In this document: positions 25,632 through 35,561 of the stretch, piece after piece | How positions within the stretch are numbered: position 1 is the stretch's first letter | How the letters are laid out: every line of letters begins with the position of its first letter | Origin: a virus | Taxonomy: Duplodnaviria > Caudoviricetes | DNA: 37,954 nucleotides | Virus record (IMG/VR): IMGVR_UViG_3300027798_002114 | Span: 1-37,954 of that record | Reading direction: 5' to 3' (one strand) | The notes under the pieces: generated by a model | What the model saw: only the letters and a program-made list of their open reading frames with translations | Database searches by the model: none | Told to the model about the DNA's origin: nothing | Translations under genes and position numbers: made by a program

Positions 25632-27953
25632 TTACAATTTACAGCTTTCGCAGTCTTCTTCGTTGTCAAAGTTAATCGGTTCTAACATAGCCGGAGCGTC
25701 ATCAGCAATTGCCTTGCTGCCTGCTTTGTTAATCAAACTGTAGTAGAATGTTTTCAATCCCCACATGTGTGCCTGCATCAAGTTCTTGGCAATCAATGTA
25801 GTTGGCACCTTACGGTCCGCAAAATGTGCAGGATTGTAAAATGTGTTAGTGCTAATACTTTGATCAACATAGGCTGCAATCACAGCCGCTGTCTTTAAGT
25901 ATCCGTCACAGTCTTTTTGTTCCCACATTAGTTGATATTTATTTTTAAGTTTAGCGTACTCAGGAACAACCTGTGTAAACGATCCTGCTTTACTTTCTTT
26001 AGTTGAAATTAAACTCATTGGCATTTCGATACCATTAGTACTGTTAATAACAACACTGGAACTCTCCACGGGCGCAACAGCCATTTGTGTAGCATTACGA
26101 ACTCCGTATTCCTTCATTTGAGCACGTAGAGTTTCCCAATCAAGTTCAGGAGCAAAGTTTGTCAATTCATTTACACCCTTGGCACGTAGTTCCCATGGAA
26201 ACACGCCTCGGCCATAACGTGTTTGATCACTGTGTTCACATCGTCCACGTTCTTTAGCAAGTTCAACACTAGCTTCAGTTAGGTAGTAGGCTTGATGTTC
26301 CATCCACGCCTTGACTTCAGCCAAGCTGTCTCGTTCTCCGTACCTGAGGCTTCGCTTGGCATGCCAGTAGGCAAGGTTGGTGATACCGATTCCCAGTGGT
26401 CTGATTTCATCGTTGGATAATTTAGACTGGATGGAAAGAAAGTCTTGATAGTCAAGAATGTTATTGAGGCTACGATGCAGTATGCGGCAAGCACGGCGCA
26501 TGTCTTCTGGGTTACGGAACGCACCCCAATTGATTGAGCCCAATGTGCAAAGTGCGATACGACCATCGCTGTCATCCAGACGTTTAAAGGATTTAGTAGG
26601 TAAAAGTATTTCACAGCAAAGGTTACTCTGGTAAATGGTGTCATACTCAGGGTCAAACGGTCCCTGGTTCATGACATTGTCAATAAACACTAGATAGATG
26701 CGGCCTGTATCAGTGCGCTCTTTCAATATGCCTGATTTGAATACTTCTTCAGCACTCATTGTCTTAGTACGCAGGTCTTTACGTTGCTCATACTTAACAT
26801 AAAGTTCTTCAAACTTTTCTGTATTGCTGTAGAAAGCTTCATATAAGTCTGGTACTTCGTTAGGATCAAAGAAGGTTATGTCTTCTTTGTTTTTAAATCG
26901 TCTCCAGAAGAAAGCACTAAGCACAACCCCATAATCCATATGACGGACTCGGGTTTCTTCTGTTCCTTGGTTGTTCTTAAGGACAATAAGATCATCAAAC
27001 TGATGATGCCAAATAGGATAAAAAACAGTAGCACTTGCATTACGAATACCTCCTTGTGAACATGAGCGCAAATCTCCAAACCACTTCTTCAAGAAGGGAA
27101 TCATGCCAGTGTGCATGATTTCTCCGCCACGGATCGGGGAGCCCAATGGGCGTAGTCGACCGATTTCCAATCCAATCCCCGCTCGCTTACTGGCGTACTT
27201 AGCCATCATCTCACCAGAAGCAAATATGCTATCCAGATCGTCGTCACTGCGGATAAGAACACAACTAGAAAACTGTTTAGTAGGAGTGCCGAGCCCAGCC
27301 AGCACAGGTGTAGCAAGAGTAAATAGACCATCAGAGGCTGCATTGTAATATTCCTTAATATAGCGCATACGAGCCGTATTTGGCTCTTCCTTATGGAACA
27401 CAGTTGCTGCCGCAATCATATATCTAATCTGCGGTGTTTCATAAGTTTGCTTTGTACTGCGATTCTTAACTAGGTATTTTTCAATTAATTGTTCAATGGC
27501 TGCACAGCTATACTGTTCATCTTTCTCATGATCCAGCATGTCATTCATCTTGTTCCAATCTTCTTCACCATACCACTCAAGCAGTTCTGCCGTGTATAAG
27601 CCAGTAGCTATATTTGTTTTTACAATCTCGTAAAGGTGGGGAGGCTCGTAACTGCCATATACATCCTTACGCAACATTGATAGTCGTTGCTTGCCTGCTA
27701 CATATTGATAATTAGTGTGTCCAATATCAGGATTAGCTTCTACATCAATAAGATTAACAATGGCTCTAAGCGTGATCTCATCTACTTCTCTAGTAGTGAT
27801 TCCGTCATAAAAATGCGGTTGGGCTTTGATTTCAATCATTGATTGACTAACATCTGCAATCCCACTACATACCTTTGCAATCTGTGTCTGCCATTTTTCA
27901 ATCATTAATGGCTCTTTTTTTCCGTCTCTTTTGATTACAGTTATTGTTGTCAT
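25632..27953 (-). CDS. nrdA: Ribonucleotide reductase class Ia alpha subunit
   Basis: ATP cone (VIKRDG), FSSCVL, QSNLCCEI, KTFYY, C-terminal CESC. Confidence 0.97.
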   Translation of the reverse strand: MTTITVIKRDGKKEPLMIEKWQTQIAKVCSGIADVSQSMIEIKAQPHFYDGITTREVDEITLRAIVNLIDVEANPDIGHTNYQYVAGKQRLSMLRKDVYGSYEPPHLYEIVKTNIATGLYTAELLEWYGEEDWNKMNDMLDHEKDEQYSCAAIEQLIEKYLVKNRSTKQTYETPQIRYMIAAATVFHKEEPNTARMRYIKEYYNAASDGLFTLATPVLAGLGTPTKQFSSCVLIRSDDDLDSIFASGEMMAKYASKRAGIGLEIGRLRPLGSPIRGGEIMHTGMIPFLKKWFGDLRSCSQGGIRNASATVFYPIWHHQFDDLIVLKNNQGTEETRVRHMDYGVVLSAFFWRRFKNKEDITFFDPNEVPDLYEAFYSNTEKFEELYVKYEQRKDLRTKTMSAEEVFKSGILKERTDTGRIYLVFIDNVMNQGPFDPEYDTIYQSNLCCEILLPTKSFKRLDDSDGRIALCTLGSINWGAFRNPEDMRRACRILHRSLNNILDYQDFLSIQSKLSNDEIRPLGIGITNLAYWHAKRSLRYGERDSLAEVKAWMEHQAYYLTEASVELAKERGRCEHSDQTRYGRGVFPWELRAKGVNELTNFAPELDWETLRAQMKEYGVRNATQMAVAPVESSSVVINSTNGIEMPMSLISTKESKAGSFTQVVPEYAKLKNKYQLMWEQKDCDGYLKTAAVIAAYVDQSISTNTFYNPAHFADRKVPTTLIAKNLMQAHMWGLKTFYYSLINKAGSKAIADDAPAMLEPINFDNEEDCESCKL

Positions 27954-27980
27954 GTTATTAAATTATTGTCTAGGACGTAT

Positions 27981-28406
27981 TTAGTGGAGCTGCTTAATTG
28001 TATAAATCTTTTGTGTTTTCAAAGACTTAGGTAAATTTTTAACATCCGTCCAATCTTCATTGTAATATACTTTATCGTCTATAAACAACAAATAATACAC
28101 TGTTTTATTGACTGTGTCAATTGATACATTTATCTTTGGTTGTATATCTTTAAAACGCTCAGTTAACTGTAGAGTATAACACATTCCTAAAATTAAATTG
28201 AATTCACAATACTCATTTTCACTAATCAATTCCCAAGGTGTTGGCCAAGTGGATGAGTCATAAGGGTCAGTGTATACTTTGACACGAGGAAGTCGTAGAA
28301 AAAATCTTGAAGTATCTTCTAATGGATTATTGGATGTTTCCAACTGCTGCCTAAGTTGATACCAGGCAGCTAATTGGCGTTTAATTACTCGCTCGTCTAA
28401 TAGCAT
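27981..28406 (-). CDS. Hypothetical protein
   Basis: DPYDSSTWPTPWELI; coupled to the upstream gene by TAATG. Confidence 0.7.
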   Translation of the reverse strand: MLLDERVIKRQLAAWYQLRQQLETSNNPLEDTSRFFLRLPRVKVYTDPYDSSTWPTPWELISENEYCEFNLILGMCYTLQLTERFKDIQPKINVSIDTVNKTVYYLLFIDDKVYYNEDWTDVKNLPKSLKTQKIYTIKQLH

Positions 28407-30046
28407 TAACTAATAATTGAGTATGTGTAGGTTAGTCTCGAAGGAGCAATAGTAGTGTCAAGTGTATTGTCATTATGATATTTGAATACTACACATCCGT
28501 TGACAATCGCTGCATCAAAATCGATTCTTGTGTCTTCAGCTGAATTTCCTGTATAGTCATAGTCGTCTACTATTTGCAAAGCACTAGTGCCACTATCAAC
28601 TGCTACGGTTAATTTACCACGTCGCATTTGTGTATTAGTAGAGTTTTCTAAAATATAAGTTACTTCAATGCCACAGCTACTAGTAAAAGGTATTCTAAAT
28701 AAATTAGTATAACTTGGTGTTGGAGTATAAATTAAACTTAACGTTCTAGATTCTAGATCACTCCAATTAGCTTTGCCTGTAATTTCAGGAACATAGTCTG
28801 CAGTTAAATTATAAGACAATGACTTGTCTATTAAAGATCCGCTAATATCGTAATAGATATCAACTGCTCTATCAAAATTATCTTGAACTGATGTATTACC
28901 CACTGGTACAAATTTAATTTGGCTATAGACACTGTTGTCATTGCCTGCACCTTCATTGCCCACATTAACAAATGTGTTGCCTCTAGTCTTGTTGCCAGTA
29001 CCGTTGGTGATGATAACACCCTCATTATCAATGGTGTCAAAGTAGCAGTTTTCAATTAGGTTCTTTCTTGGACCATATTGATAAGCACTAGGACGATCTT
29101 CTGGTAATGTTGCCATTACAAAGTTACCAAAGTTTACACCATACTGCGAACTTATGAATTCACAAGCAGAGAAGTGGTTGTTAAAAATATCTTGCTCAGC
29201 ATATACCCCGTGTTTGACAGCACTGGCAGAGACATTGACAAATTTATTTCTTTGACAAGTCACTACTGAACTGACCGCATACATGGCAATAGCATTGGCA
29301 TTAGTGGCTGTGGGATAATCACCAACAATTTTAACATCTTCAATGATAGAATCTCTTACGGCATTCATCTTAATGCCAATAGCACTAGAAGATAACGCAG
29401 TTAGAGTAAAGTCTGCTAGTCTGCAAAACTTAGGTTGATTGTTATAGGTTGTTGATCCAAGTGTACTGCGCAGAGTCTTTGTTGATGTATCGTTAACAAA
29501 TTCAAAAGCAGTGCCGGTACCTGTATAGGTAAACTTAGTCTTTTCCTTGCCGCTGCCTTGAATGCTCACATAGCTAGGCAAATAGATAGTGGTATTGAAT
29601 GTATACTCGCCTGGTGAAAACATCAATGTTACACGACTTTTTACACCATTGGTTGCATTGTCTAAAAACAAGTTGTCGATAGCACGTTGAATTTTAACTG
29701 CTTGGTTTGATGATCCAGATACTATATCATAATCTGCAGATGAGACGTGATCGTCGAGTTTGCTTTGTAATGTACGTACTACAGGAAAATTAGCATCTGC
29801 ACCTGTTTGAATAGGAGCAGTGTCGTTTGTATATGTGTAAGTCCCATAGTCTAACAAATTATCAGCGTCTGTTAGCACTTTGATGTTGTCTACAGCAGGA
29901 GCACCTTCTCCTACACTGCCGCTGCCAATCCACAACTCTTGTGTATCTATTGCCCACGCTAGTTCTCCGCTGGCTAACTGTGGAATAGGGGTTTCGTTTG
30001 CTCTACCTCTACGTAGTTGAATTCTGCTTATTTGTACGACAGCCAT
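28406..30046 (-). CDS. Tail fibre/spike-like protein with a pectate-lyase-like beta-helix
   Basis: N-terminal RIQLRRG...LASGEL.WAIDT..L.IG tail-fibre motif; IQRAID...FSPGEY; Asn-rich parallel beta repeats. Confidence 0.7.
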   Translation of the reverse strand: MAVVQISRIQLRRGRANETPIPQLASGELAWAIDTQELWIGSGSVGEGAPAVDNIKVLTDADNLLDYGTYTYTNDTAPIQTGADANFPVVRTLQSKLDDHVSSADYDIVSGSSNQAVKIQRAIDNLFLDNATNGVKSRVTLMFSPGEYTFNTTIYLPSYVSIQGSGKEKTKFTYTGTGTAFEFVNDTSTKTLRSTLGSTTYNNQPKFCRLADFTLTALSSSAIGIKMNAVRDSIIEDVKIVGDYPTATNANAIAMYAVSSVVTCQRNKFVNVSASAVKHGVYAEQDIFNNHFSACEFISSQYGVNFGNFVMATLPEDRPSAYQYGPRKNLIENCYFDTIDNEGVIITNGTGNKTRGNTFVNVGNEGAGNDNSVYSQIKFVPVGNTSVQDNFDRAVDIYYDISGSLIDKSLSYNLTADYVPEITGKANWSDLESRTLSLIYTPTPSYTNLFRIPFTSSCGIEVTYILENSTNTQMRRGKLTVAVDSGTSALQIVDDYDYTGNSAEDTRIDFDAAIVNGCVVFKYHNDNTLDTTIAPSRLTYTYSIIS

Positions 30047-30070
30047 TGAAATATCCTCGTTATACGATAT

Positions 30071-30760
30071 TTAGCTGTTCAAACGGTAGTACTGCTCCAC
30101 TCGCTTGCACCACTCTTCTGTCCAGTAGTCAAAGTCCTTGGGTTCCAGGATAAACTCCTGATATTCAAAGTCCTTGCTACACATTAGAATAACGCCCTTG
30201 CGTATGTTTGTACCGTGTACTTCGTTGTGTGCCAGTGCATAGGCGGTTAGCTGTAAGAAGTAGTCGCTAATGTACTCTAGTTTCTTGGGCTTGTTAGTCT
30301 GCTTAAAGTCCAGGATACTTTCGTCACCATTGTGTACGCCCACACAGTCAGTAGTGCCCGCATATAGTTCTGGAAAGTACAAGGGTACTTCACTGCCCCA
30401 TACTTCCGTTACATTCTTCATACCTTCTGCAATCACAATTTTAGCCATCTTCTGACTTTGTTGTGCAAAGGGATTAGTAACACTTTCGTTCATGGGCTCA
30501 CCCTTGACATAGTCCTCTAGGAACTTGTGCATACGTGTGCCGCGGTTGGCAGCTTCTGTAGTGATCTCTTGTGCTTTCTTTTCACCCACTGCTTTGCGCC
30601 AGTTGGCCAGTGCTATACGACTTTCTTCTGGTTTAGTTTTATCCAGTACAGTCGTAACACTAGGGACTTTATGCCCTTGTGGTGTAGCGTATAAACGCTT
30701 ACCAGAGCTGTCGTCCCTAGAGAGTTTTTCGTATTTAAATTTGTTTATTAGTAGGGTCAT
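30071..30760 (-). CDS. PD-(D/E)XK (Cas4/RecB-like) exonuclease
   Basis: PSVTTVL, RGTRMH, YAGTTD, ILDFKQ, QLTAY. Confidence 0.88.
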   Translation of the reverse strand: MTLLINKFKYEKLSRDDSSGKRLYATPQGHKVPSVTTVLDKTKPEESRIALANWRKAVGEKKAQEITTEAANRGTRMHKFLEDYVKGEPMNESVTNPFAQQSQKMAKIVIAEGMKNVTEVWGSEVPLYFPELYAGTTDCVGVHNGDESILDFKQTNKPKKLEYISDYFLQLTAYALAHNEVHGTNIRKGVILMCSKDFEYQEFILEPKDFDYWTEEWCKRVEQYYRLNS

Positions 30761-30765
30761 ATACT

Positions 30766-30794
30766 ATTATATAGTATTTAGACCCCTAGGTCAA
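30766..30794 (-). promoter_or_regulatory. Sigma70-type promoter TTGACC-N17-TATAAT, probably giving a leaderless mRNA
   Basis: The -10 ends 5 nt before the ATG at 30760; a TAAATA lies in the spacer (30780-30775). Confidence 0.65.
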
Positions 30795-31117
30795 CCAGGT
30801 TGTTTGAGTGTCTTAGCCGCTGCTCTACTAGCGGCAGCATCATTGCTACCTGCGCTGTTATCAGAACGAGTAGCTTCTGGTTTCTCTTTAGTTTTCAGTG
30901 TAATGCCACGCCCGTCAAATTGAGCTACAATGTTTTTCAATTGTGGTAGTTGATCAAACTCTGCTTTGAATGTTTCGTAGTCCATTTGTGTACCAGAAAC
31001 GTTCTGTAACATATTAGAAATGGCATTCCAGCTAAATTGCGCTGGAACGCCACGTGAGTTTGCTCTTGATTTTAGAGATAGAAGTATGCGGATCAATGTA
31101 TCCGCATCTTCATTTAC
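30791..31117 (-). CDS. -1 frame ORF, probably the C-terminal extension of 31114-32016 via frameshift
   Basis: Open from the A9 run to TGA at 30791; only a TTG start without a clear RBS. Confidence 0.7.
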   Translation of the reverse strand, partial: VNEDADTLIRILLSLKSRANSRGVPAQFSWNAISNMLQNVSGTQMDYETFKAEFDQLPQLKNIVAQFDGRGITLKTKEKPEATRSDNSAGSNDAAASRAAAKTLKQPG

Positions 31118-32016
31118 TTTTTTTTTGGTTGGCTTAACATTGTGCCTAATTTACGGCTGTAGGCAATGTTTTCACGCATTTCGCGACCAGCTGCCTCTGC
31201 ACCGCCTGCACTTGCATCTGCTGCTGTGAATTCGTCACCGCTTGGGAATTCATCTGCACCCATTGCTGTTGGCTCTGCACCCATTGCGTCAGGAGCCATA
31301 CCTGGTGCTTCTTCGCCTGTTAGAATTGCCACAGCCTGTGCCAATGTTGTACGTGCTGTTTCTAATGTTGTATAAATTTCTTCTAATGCTGGTTTAACTT
31401 TACCTGTGAATTGGTTGCTAATGTCACTGCCTAATTCGTCTCTTATAGAGTCAACTAATTCTAACATGGTTTCTGACTTCAATGATGCAGTATCTTCTAG
31501 CCATCCTGTGACCTTGTCTACCATATCACGTGCGCTCATGATTAACGCTGCTTTTTCTTCTTCGCCTTCAGTTAGTGTTCTTTCAGAAAGAACACCACGT
31601 AGTACTTCCATTGCTTCTTCAATACTTTCTTTCTTAGCCATTTTAGTAGCTGTGGCATGCATTACTTCTTCGCCTTTATCGCCATAACGCTTTTTAAATT
31701 CGCCTGACTTTTTCTTCATGCCTTTAACATACTTTTCTTTCTTGCCTTCTTCGCCTGGGCTTAGAGTGCGCTCTGAAATAGCCTGTGTGATTACATCTAG
31801 TAATGCACGATCACGTTGGTAGCTGTTGCTTTCGTAAACAGCATCGTAGTTTCTGCTGGTTTCAAATTCAGCAAGTTCCATTGTGATTTTATCACGAGCT
31901 GCTTGTAGTTGTTCCATGGTGAAACTGTCTACATTTAATTTGTAGCCAAATTTCTTAGCTAGGCCCTCGTTTAGTGCCTTGCTGCTCTTTGGATGTGAAA
32001 GTTCTTTAATCTGCAT
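31114..32016 (-). CDS. Acidic helical protein, possible prohead core/internal protein
   Basis: Repeated ISE/LSE/LTE/MRE motifs resembling prohead-protease sites; TAAATA upstream. Confidence 0.6.
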   Translation of the reverse strand: MQIKELSHPKSSKALNEGLAKKFGYKLNVDSFTMEQLQAARDKITMELAEFETSRNYDAVYESNSYQRDRALLDVITQAISERTLSPGEEGKKEKYVKGMKKKSGEFKKRYGDKGEEVMHATATKMAKKESIEEAMEVLRGVLSERTLTEGEEEKAALIMSARDMVDKVTGWLEDTASLKSETMLELVDSIRDELGSDISNQFTGKVKPALEEIYTTLETARTTLAQAVAILTGEEAPGMAPDAMGAEPTAMGADEFPSGDEFTAADASAGGAEAAGREMRENIAYSRKLGTMLSQPKKK

Positions 32017-32052
32017 GTTCTGTTATCCCTAAAAGACTGTTATTGTTATTTA

Positions 32053-32490
32053 TCAAAAGTTTGACTTAAACATTGAGGAAATTGTTTCCTTGTGACGTTT
32101 AGCCCTGTGGTCTGCTTGTTCCCAACGCCACATGAAAATATCTCGTTTTTCTATATCTGTTGCATGTTCATATCTATATTTAAAAAATACTGCATCATTG
32201 CTGTTATTCCAGTAATCAGAATCTAGTTGCTGTACTTCATTGTAACGCTTAAAGTTAGTTTGATCGTAGAATTTAGCTGCTAATGTTGCTGTAGTCTTAA
32301 TTTTAAATTCTGCAATGCTGTCACCGTCAATATAACTTAAATCCCAATTACCAGTTTTATTCTGTTTGATCTTATAGCGTTTATATACAAGACTTTTATC
32401 TGGCATGACAAGTATGGGAATCTTTCTTTTAAATTCATCTTCTAAAAAAGATTCTAGTTGTTTAGCTTGGCGTTTAATGTTCATTGGCAA
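32053..32490 (-). CDS. Hypothetical protein
   Basis: 145-aa packed ORF. Confidence 0.7.
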   Translation of the reverse strand: MPMNIKRQAKQLESFLEDEFKRKIPILVMPDKSLVYKRYKIKQNKTGNWDLSYIDGDSIAEFKIKTTATLAAKFYDQTNFKRYNEVQQLDSDYWNNSNDAVFFKYRYEHATDIEKRDIFMWRWEQADHRAKRHKETISSMFKSNF

Positions 32491-32674
32491 TTACTCTAGG
32501 ATTTATGTCTCCCACTTTAATTACCAGACTTTTACGGATAAGGCTCTCAATTGTGAATTGATCATGCTCACTAAAACTGCTCAATGGACGAACGTGTGTT
32601 AGCTGTTCTAACATACGTTTTTCTTCGTTTGAAGTATATACTTCAAAATCTTTGATCAACTCATTTATTTTCAT
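32474..32674 (-). CDS. Small hypothetical protein
   Basis: ATGA overlap; MKINELI N-terminus. Confidence 0.65.
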   Translation of the reverse strand: MKINELIKDFEVYTSNEEKRMLEQLTHVRPLSSFSEHDQFTIESLIRKSLVIKVGDINPRVIANEH

Positions 32675-33834
32675 CTTAGGCCTGCAATAGTCAGCATCTT
32701 GTCTAATAAGGCTTTATCTGATTCTCTTAACGGTGGTGCACCGATGCCAGTTTTCTCAGCACTAGTTACGCCCATTGGTCTTCTTGCAGTGCCGGCATTG
32801 CCAGTTCTTGTCATATTTTCAAAGTCACTAGGGGCAACAATAATTTTACTACCCATAGCTTGGTCGCCACCTTCTAAGCCCGGAACCATCTGACCGTTTA
32901 CCTTAAGCATGACCTTACGGAAACCTTGTTGTGTTGCCTTGGCTTCAATATCAGGAGTAATTGCTGTCCACTTCTTGCTTGCTACAATGGCAGTTGGTTT
33001 TGGACTAGTCATAGCCATAGGTTGCGGACCTTGCTTAACTTGATACGGCACATCAGCTGCTTCTGTACTAACTACTGCTGTTCCTGTTTTGAGGTCTGGA
33101 GTGTCCATAGACATCTTGCCATCAGGTGTTGGCTTTAAAGCTGTACTATCAACTTCCATTGAAGTTCCATCAGGTTTAGTTAATGTTGCTTTCTTTGTAG
33201 CAGGATCAACTTTTGTAATCTTGCCCACGTCTGCGCCCATTGCTTCAGCAGTAGGCTCAGCACCTGTTTCATGCACTGTGGCTTTTTTACCTTTGTTCTG
33301 TAAAGAACGGGCAACGGCCTGTGCGTGGTTCTTGCTGGCAAACACTTTCCAAGTACGTCCGTCAATAGCCACTGCATAGTTATTAGTTTCATGAGCTAGT
33401 TCTTGATCTAAGCCGCGGTGATCACGAGGACGATCAAATCCTGTTTCGCTAGATCTTTTATCTCTGTCATATGCTGAACTACTGCCACGCTGACGATACA
33501 GTGCTTCTTGTTCAATGCCTTCGCGTTCCATACGATCATTGTAGTCGTTGGCCATTTGTTCTTTCTTGTCTAGATAGTTTTGATATCTTTGTTTATCACG
33601 ATCTGTAGCATCTGGACCTTCTGCTCTGGCCTTTAGGTCAGCAGCATGTGACTGATCTAACTTACGGCGATGTTCTGCACCAGCTGAGTTAGGATTATAC
33701 CCTTCCATTGGCTTGACTGGTGCTAGTTTTTCTTTAGCTTTGCCAAACTCAGCAGTGTGATCTTTAGGTTTCCTATTGTACTTAACAGCCTTGGTACCTT
33801 TCTTGTGTTCGCCTAGTATTTCATTTCTTTTCAT
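32671..33834 (-). CDS. Hypothetical protein, possibly virion-internal
   Basis: MKRNEILGE N-terminus; C-terminal MLTIAGL. Confidence 0.65.
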   Translation of the reverse strand: MKRNEILGEHKKGTKAVKYNRKPKDHTAEFGKAKEKLAPVKPMEGYNPNSAGAEHRRKLDQSHAADLKARAEGPDATDRDKQRYQNYLDKKEQMANDYNDRMEREGIEQEALYRQRGSSSAYDRDKRSSETGFDRPRDHRGLDQELAHETNNYAVAIDGRTWKVFASKNHAQAVARSLQNKGKKATVHETGAEPTAEAMGADVGKITKVDPATKKATLTKPDGTSMEVDSTALKPTPDGKMSMDTPDLKTGTAVVSTEAADVPYQVKQGPQPMAMTSPKPTAIVASKKWTAITPDIEAKATQQGFRKVMLKVNGQMVPGLEGGDQAMGSKIIVAPSDFENMTRTGNAGTARRPMGVTSAEKTGIGAPPLRESDKALLDKMLTIAGLR

Positions 33835-34550
33835 TGTTGTTCTCCTAGGCTCATTGCCTGGTCCTCTAAATCATATATATGTTGACGCAGTTGGTCAATA
33901 TATCCCTTTGCTCGTAACACCTTAAAGGCAATGTTCTCTACTGAGAACTCACCTTGTCTATCTAATCCTGTCTTACGCAGTCTATTCAAACGATCTTTAA
34001 CTGTATTAGCTACACGAATATCATCTGATTTCAAAGCCATTTTAATCTTGTTCAAGTAGTTGCGAACTTTAAGTTCTACATCGTTATCATCAATAGTAAC
34101 TTTAACTGGCTTAGGCTGTGCAATCCACTGATCATCTAGTACTGAGTATATGCCTGCTGAGTGATGTGCATCTGTACTTGGTTGCACATATACTTCTACC
34201 TCAATGCCGTAAAGTCTAACATCATGATTAAAATTATACTGGTTCTTCTTAGCATCGAACAAGGGTTTTAGGTGATATTGTGCAGCACTGGGAATATCAA
34301 CTACTAGGTGTAGATCTAAGTCACTGTGTTCAGTGTAGGTATAGGCAGCATTGCTTCCTGATATTGTAACATCTTTTAAACGTATGCTGGGAATGTCAAT
34401 GAACTCAATAAAGTGTTTGGCTATCTTCAAGAGCTTGAATCGTACTTCACGGTCAAGGCGGCGCTGTTTCCATAGCTTAGGGTTAAGCTCTTTGTGAAAC
34501 AATATAGCTTGATCAACTACACTTTCTAATGTGAACTCTCGTAATAACAT
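33831..34550 (-). CDS. Pol-beta superfamily nucleotidyltransferase
   Basis: SGSNA...SDLDLH...EVEVY; start taken as MLLREF at 34550. Confidence 0.75.
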   Translation of the reverse strand: MLLREFTLESVVDQAILFHKELNPKLWKQRRLDREVRFKLLKIAKHFIEFIDIPSIRLKDVTISGSNAAYTYTEHSDLDLHLVVDIPSAAQYHLKPLFDAKKNQYNFNHDVRLYGIEVEVYVQPSTDAHHSAGIYSVLDDQWIAQPKPVKVTIDDNDVELKVRNYLNKIKMALKSDDIRVANTVKDRLNRLRKTGLDRQGEFSVENIAFKVLRAKGYIDQLRQHIYDLEDQAMSLGEQQ

Positions 34551-34560
34551 ATTAGTGTAT

Positions 34561-34935
34561 TTATTGTTTATAATTGAAAATAATATTGTGACCAAGTTTG
34601 AACATAGGACGTTCAAATTCAACAGTTTCAGTTAGATTAGTGATAACAGGCACATATTCAAATAGATCTTTTAGACGAGCAAGTTCGTCACCATCTTGTT
34701 CAAATAGGTGCTCAATTTCCATGCGCCATTCAAAGTACCAACACTTCTGCTCGCTGTTGCCAAATATATCTGCTGGTTGAATTTCTGGAGCTCTTTCATA
34801 ATAGATGTTGCCCGCTAGACCTATAGTCTGCATTACTGTGTCAAAATTTTGTTGTTGAAGTCTTTCTAGATCGTTTCTAGATTTATAATGCCCTGTGGCA
34901 GTAATATCAACGAGAGTGTATAAACAATAAATCAT
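34561..34935 (-). CDS. Hypothetical protein
   Basis: TLVDITATG...R.QQQNF.T; start just after TAAATA. Confidence 0.65.
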   Translation of the reverse strand: MIYCLYTLVDITATGHYKSRNDLERLQQQNFDTVMQTIGLAGNIYYERAPEIQPADIFGNSEQKCWYFEWRMEIEHLFEQDGDELARLKDLFEYVPVITNLTETVEFERPMFKLGHNIIFNYKQ

Positions 34936-34979
34936 TGCTGTATTTAACAGCATTAGCAAAGCCTATTTTATTTTAGAGT

Positions 34980-35387
34980 TTATAGTCCTAGGAACTTTAA
35001 AATATGAGAGAGACTCAATGAATGTCCACTAAGCCAACCTGTACCTGCAATAAATGCCATTCCAGCCATGGCATACATAGTCCATTTGTTTTTAATTTTT
35101 TCTAATTCGCCAATACGCTCAGATAGTTTGCTATGTGTTGAAACATCTTCTGCGTGTAGCTTGTCTGCATGTTCAAAGAACTTATTGCTGTTAGCACGGT
35201 ACTCATCTTGCATTTCACATAGTTTAGCATCCAGTTTGTCACCTGTGCGATCTAAACAGTCGTGCATTTCTTTAACGTCTGCTTTGAGATCGACTAGTTT
35301 TTCATTGATATTCTTAACTTGTGTTTCTAGTACGCTTACACGCTCAGGTAATACTGCCAGTTGTGCTACAGCTTCTTTAGTGGCCAT
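34980..35387 (-). CDS. Coiled-coil protein with a C-terminal TM
   Basis: Heptad pattern and hydrophobic C-terminus; GGAGA RBS. Confidence 0.7.
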   Translation of the reverse strand: MATKEAVAQLAVLPERVSVLETQVKNINEKLVDLKADVKEMHDCLDRTGDKLDAKLCEMQDEYRANSNKFFEHADKLHAEDVSTHSKLSERIGELEKIKNKWTMYAMAGMAFIAGTGWLSGHSLSLSHILKFLGL

Positions 35388-35509
35388 TTGTAGGCTTCTC
35401 CAATGTTATAAGTCAGGGGTTCACTTAGAACCATGTGCCTATTGTATGATTGTTCTGCCTAGATATGATTACAGTTGCCTATTACTATGTATTTATTAAA
35501 AATCTCAAC

Positions 35510-35531
35510 AAAAAAGGACCCGAAGGTCCTT
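35510..35531 (-). terminator. Intrinsic terminator
   Basis: AAGGACC-TTCG-GGTCCTT followed by a U run. Confidence 0.8.
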
Positions 35532-35561
35532 AATTGCTTCCCATCCCTGAGAATTTAGTTA

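Noticed and set aside
23441-27953. Introns or inteins in nrdA/nrdB
   Set aside because: Both ORFs are continuous and of normal length.
30071-30760. Cas4-like gene as evidence of a CRISPR-Cas system
   Set aside because: No array or other cas genes and no Fe-S cysteine pattern; a common solo phage exonuclease.
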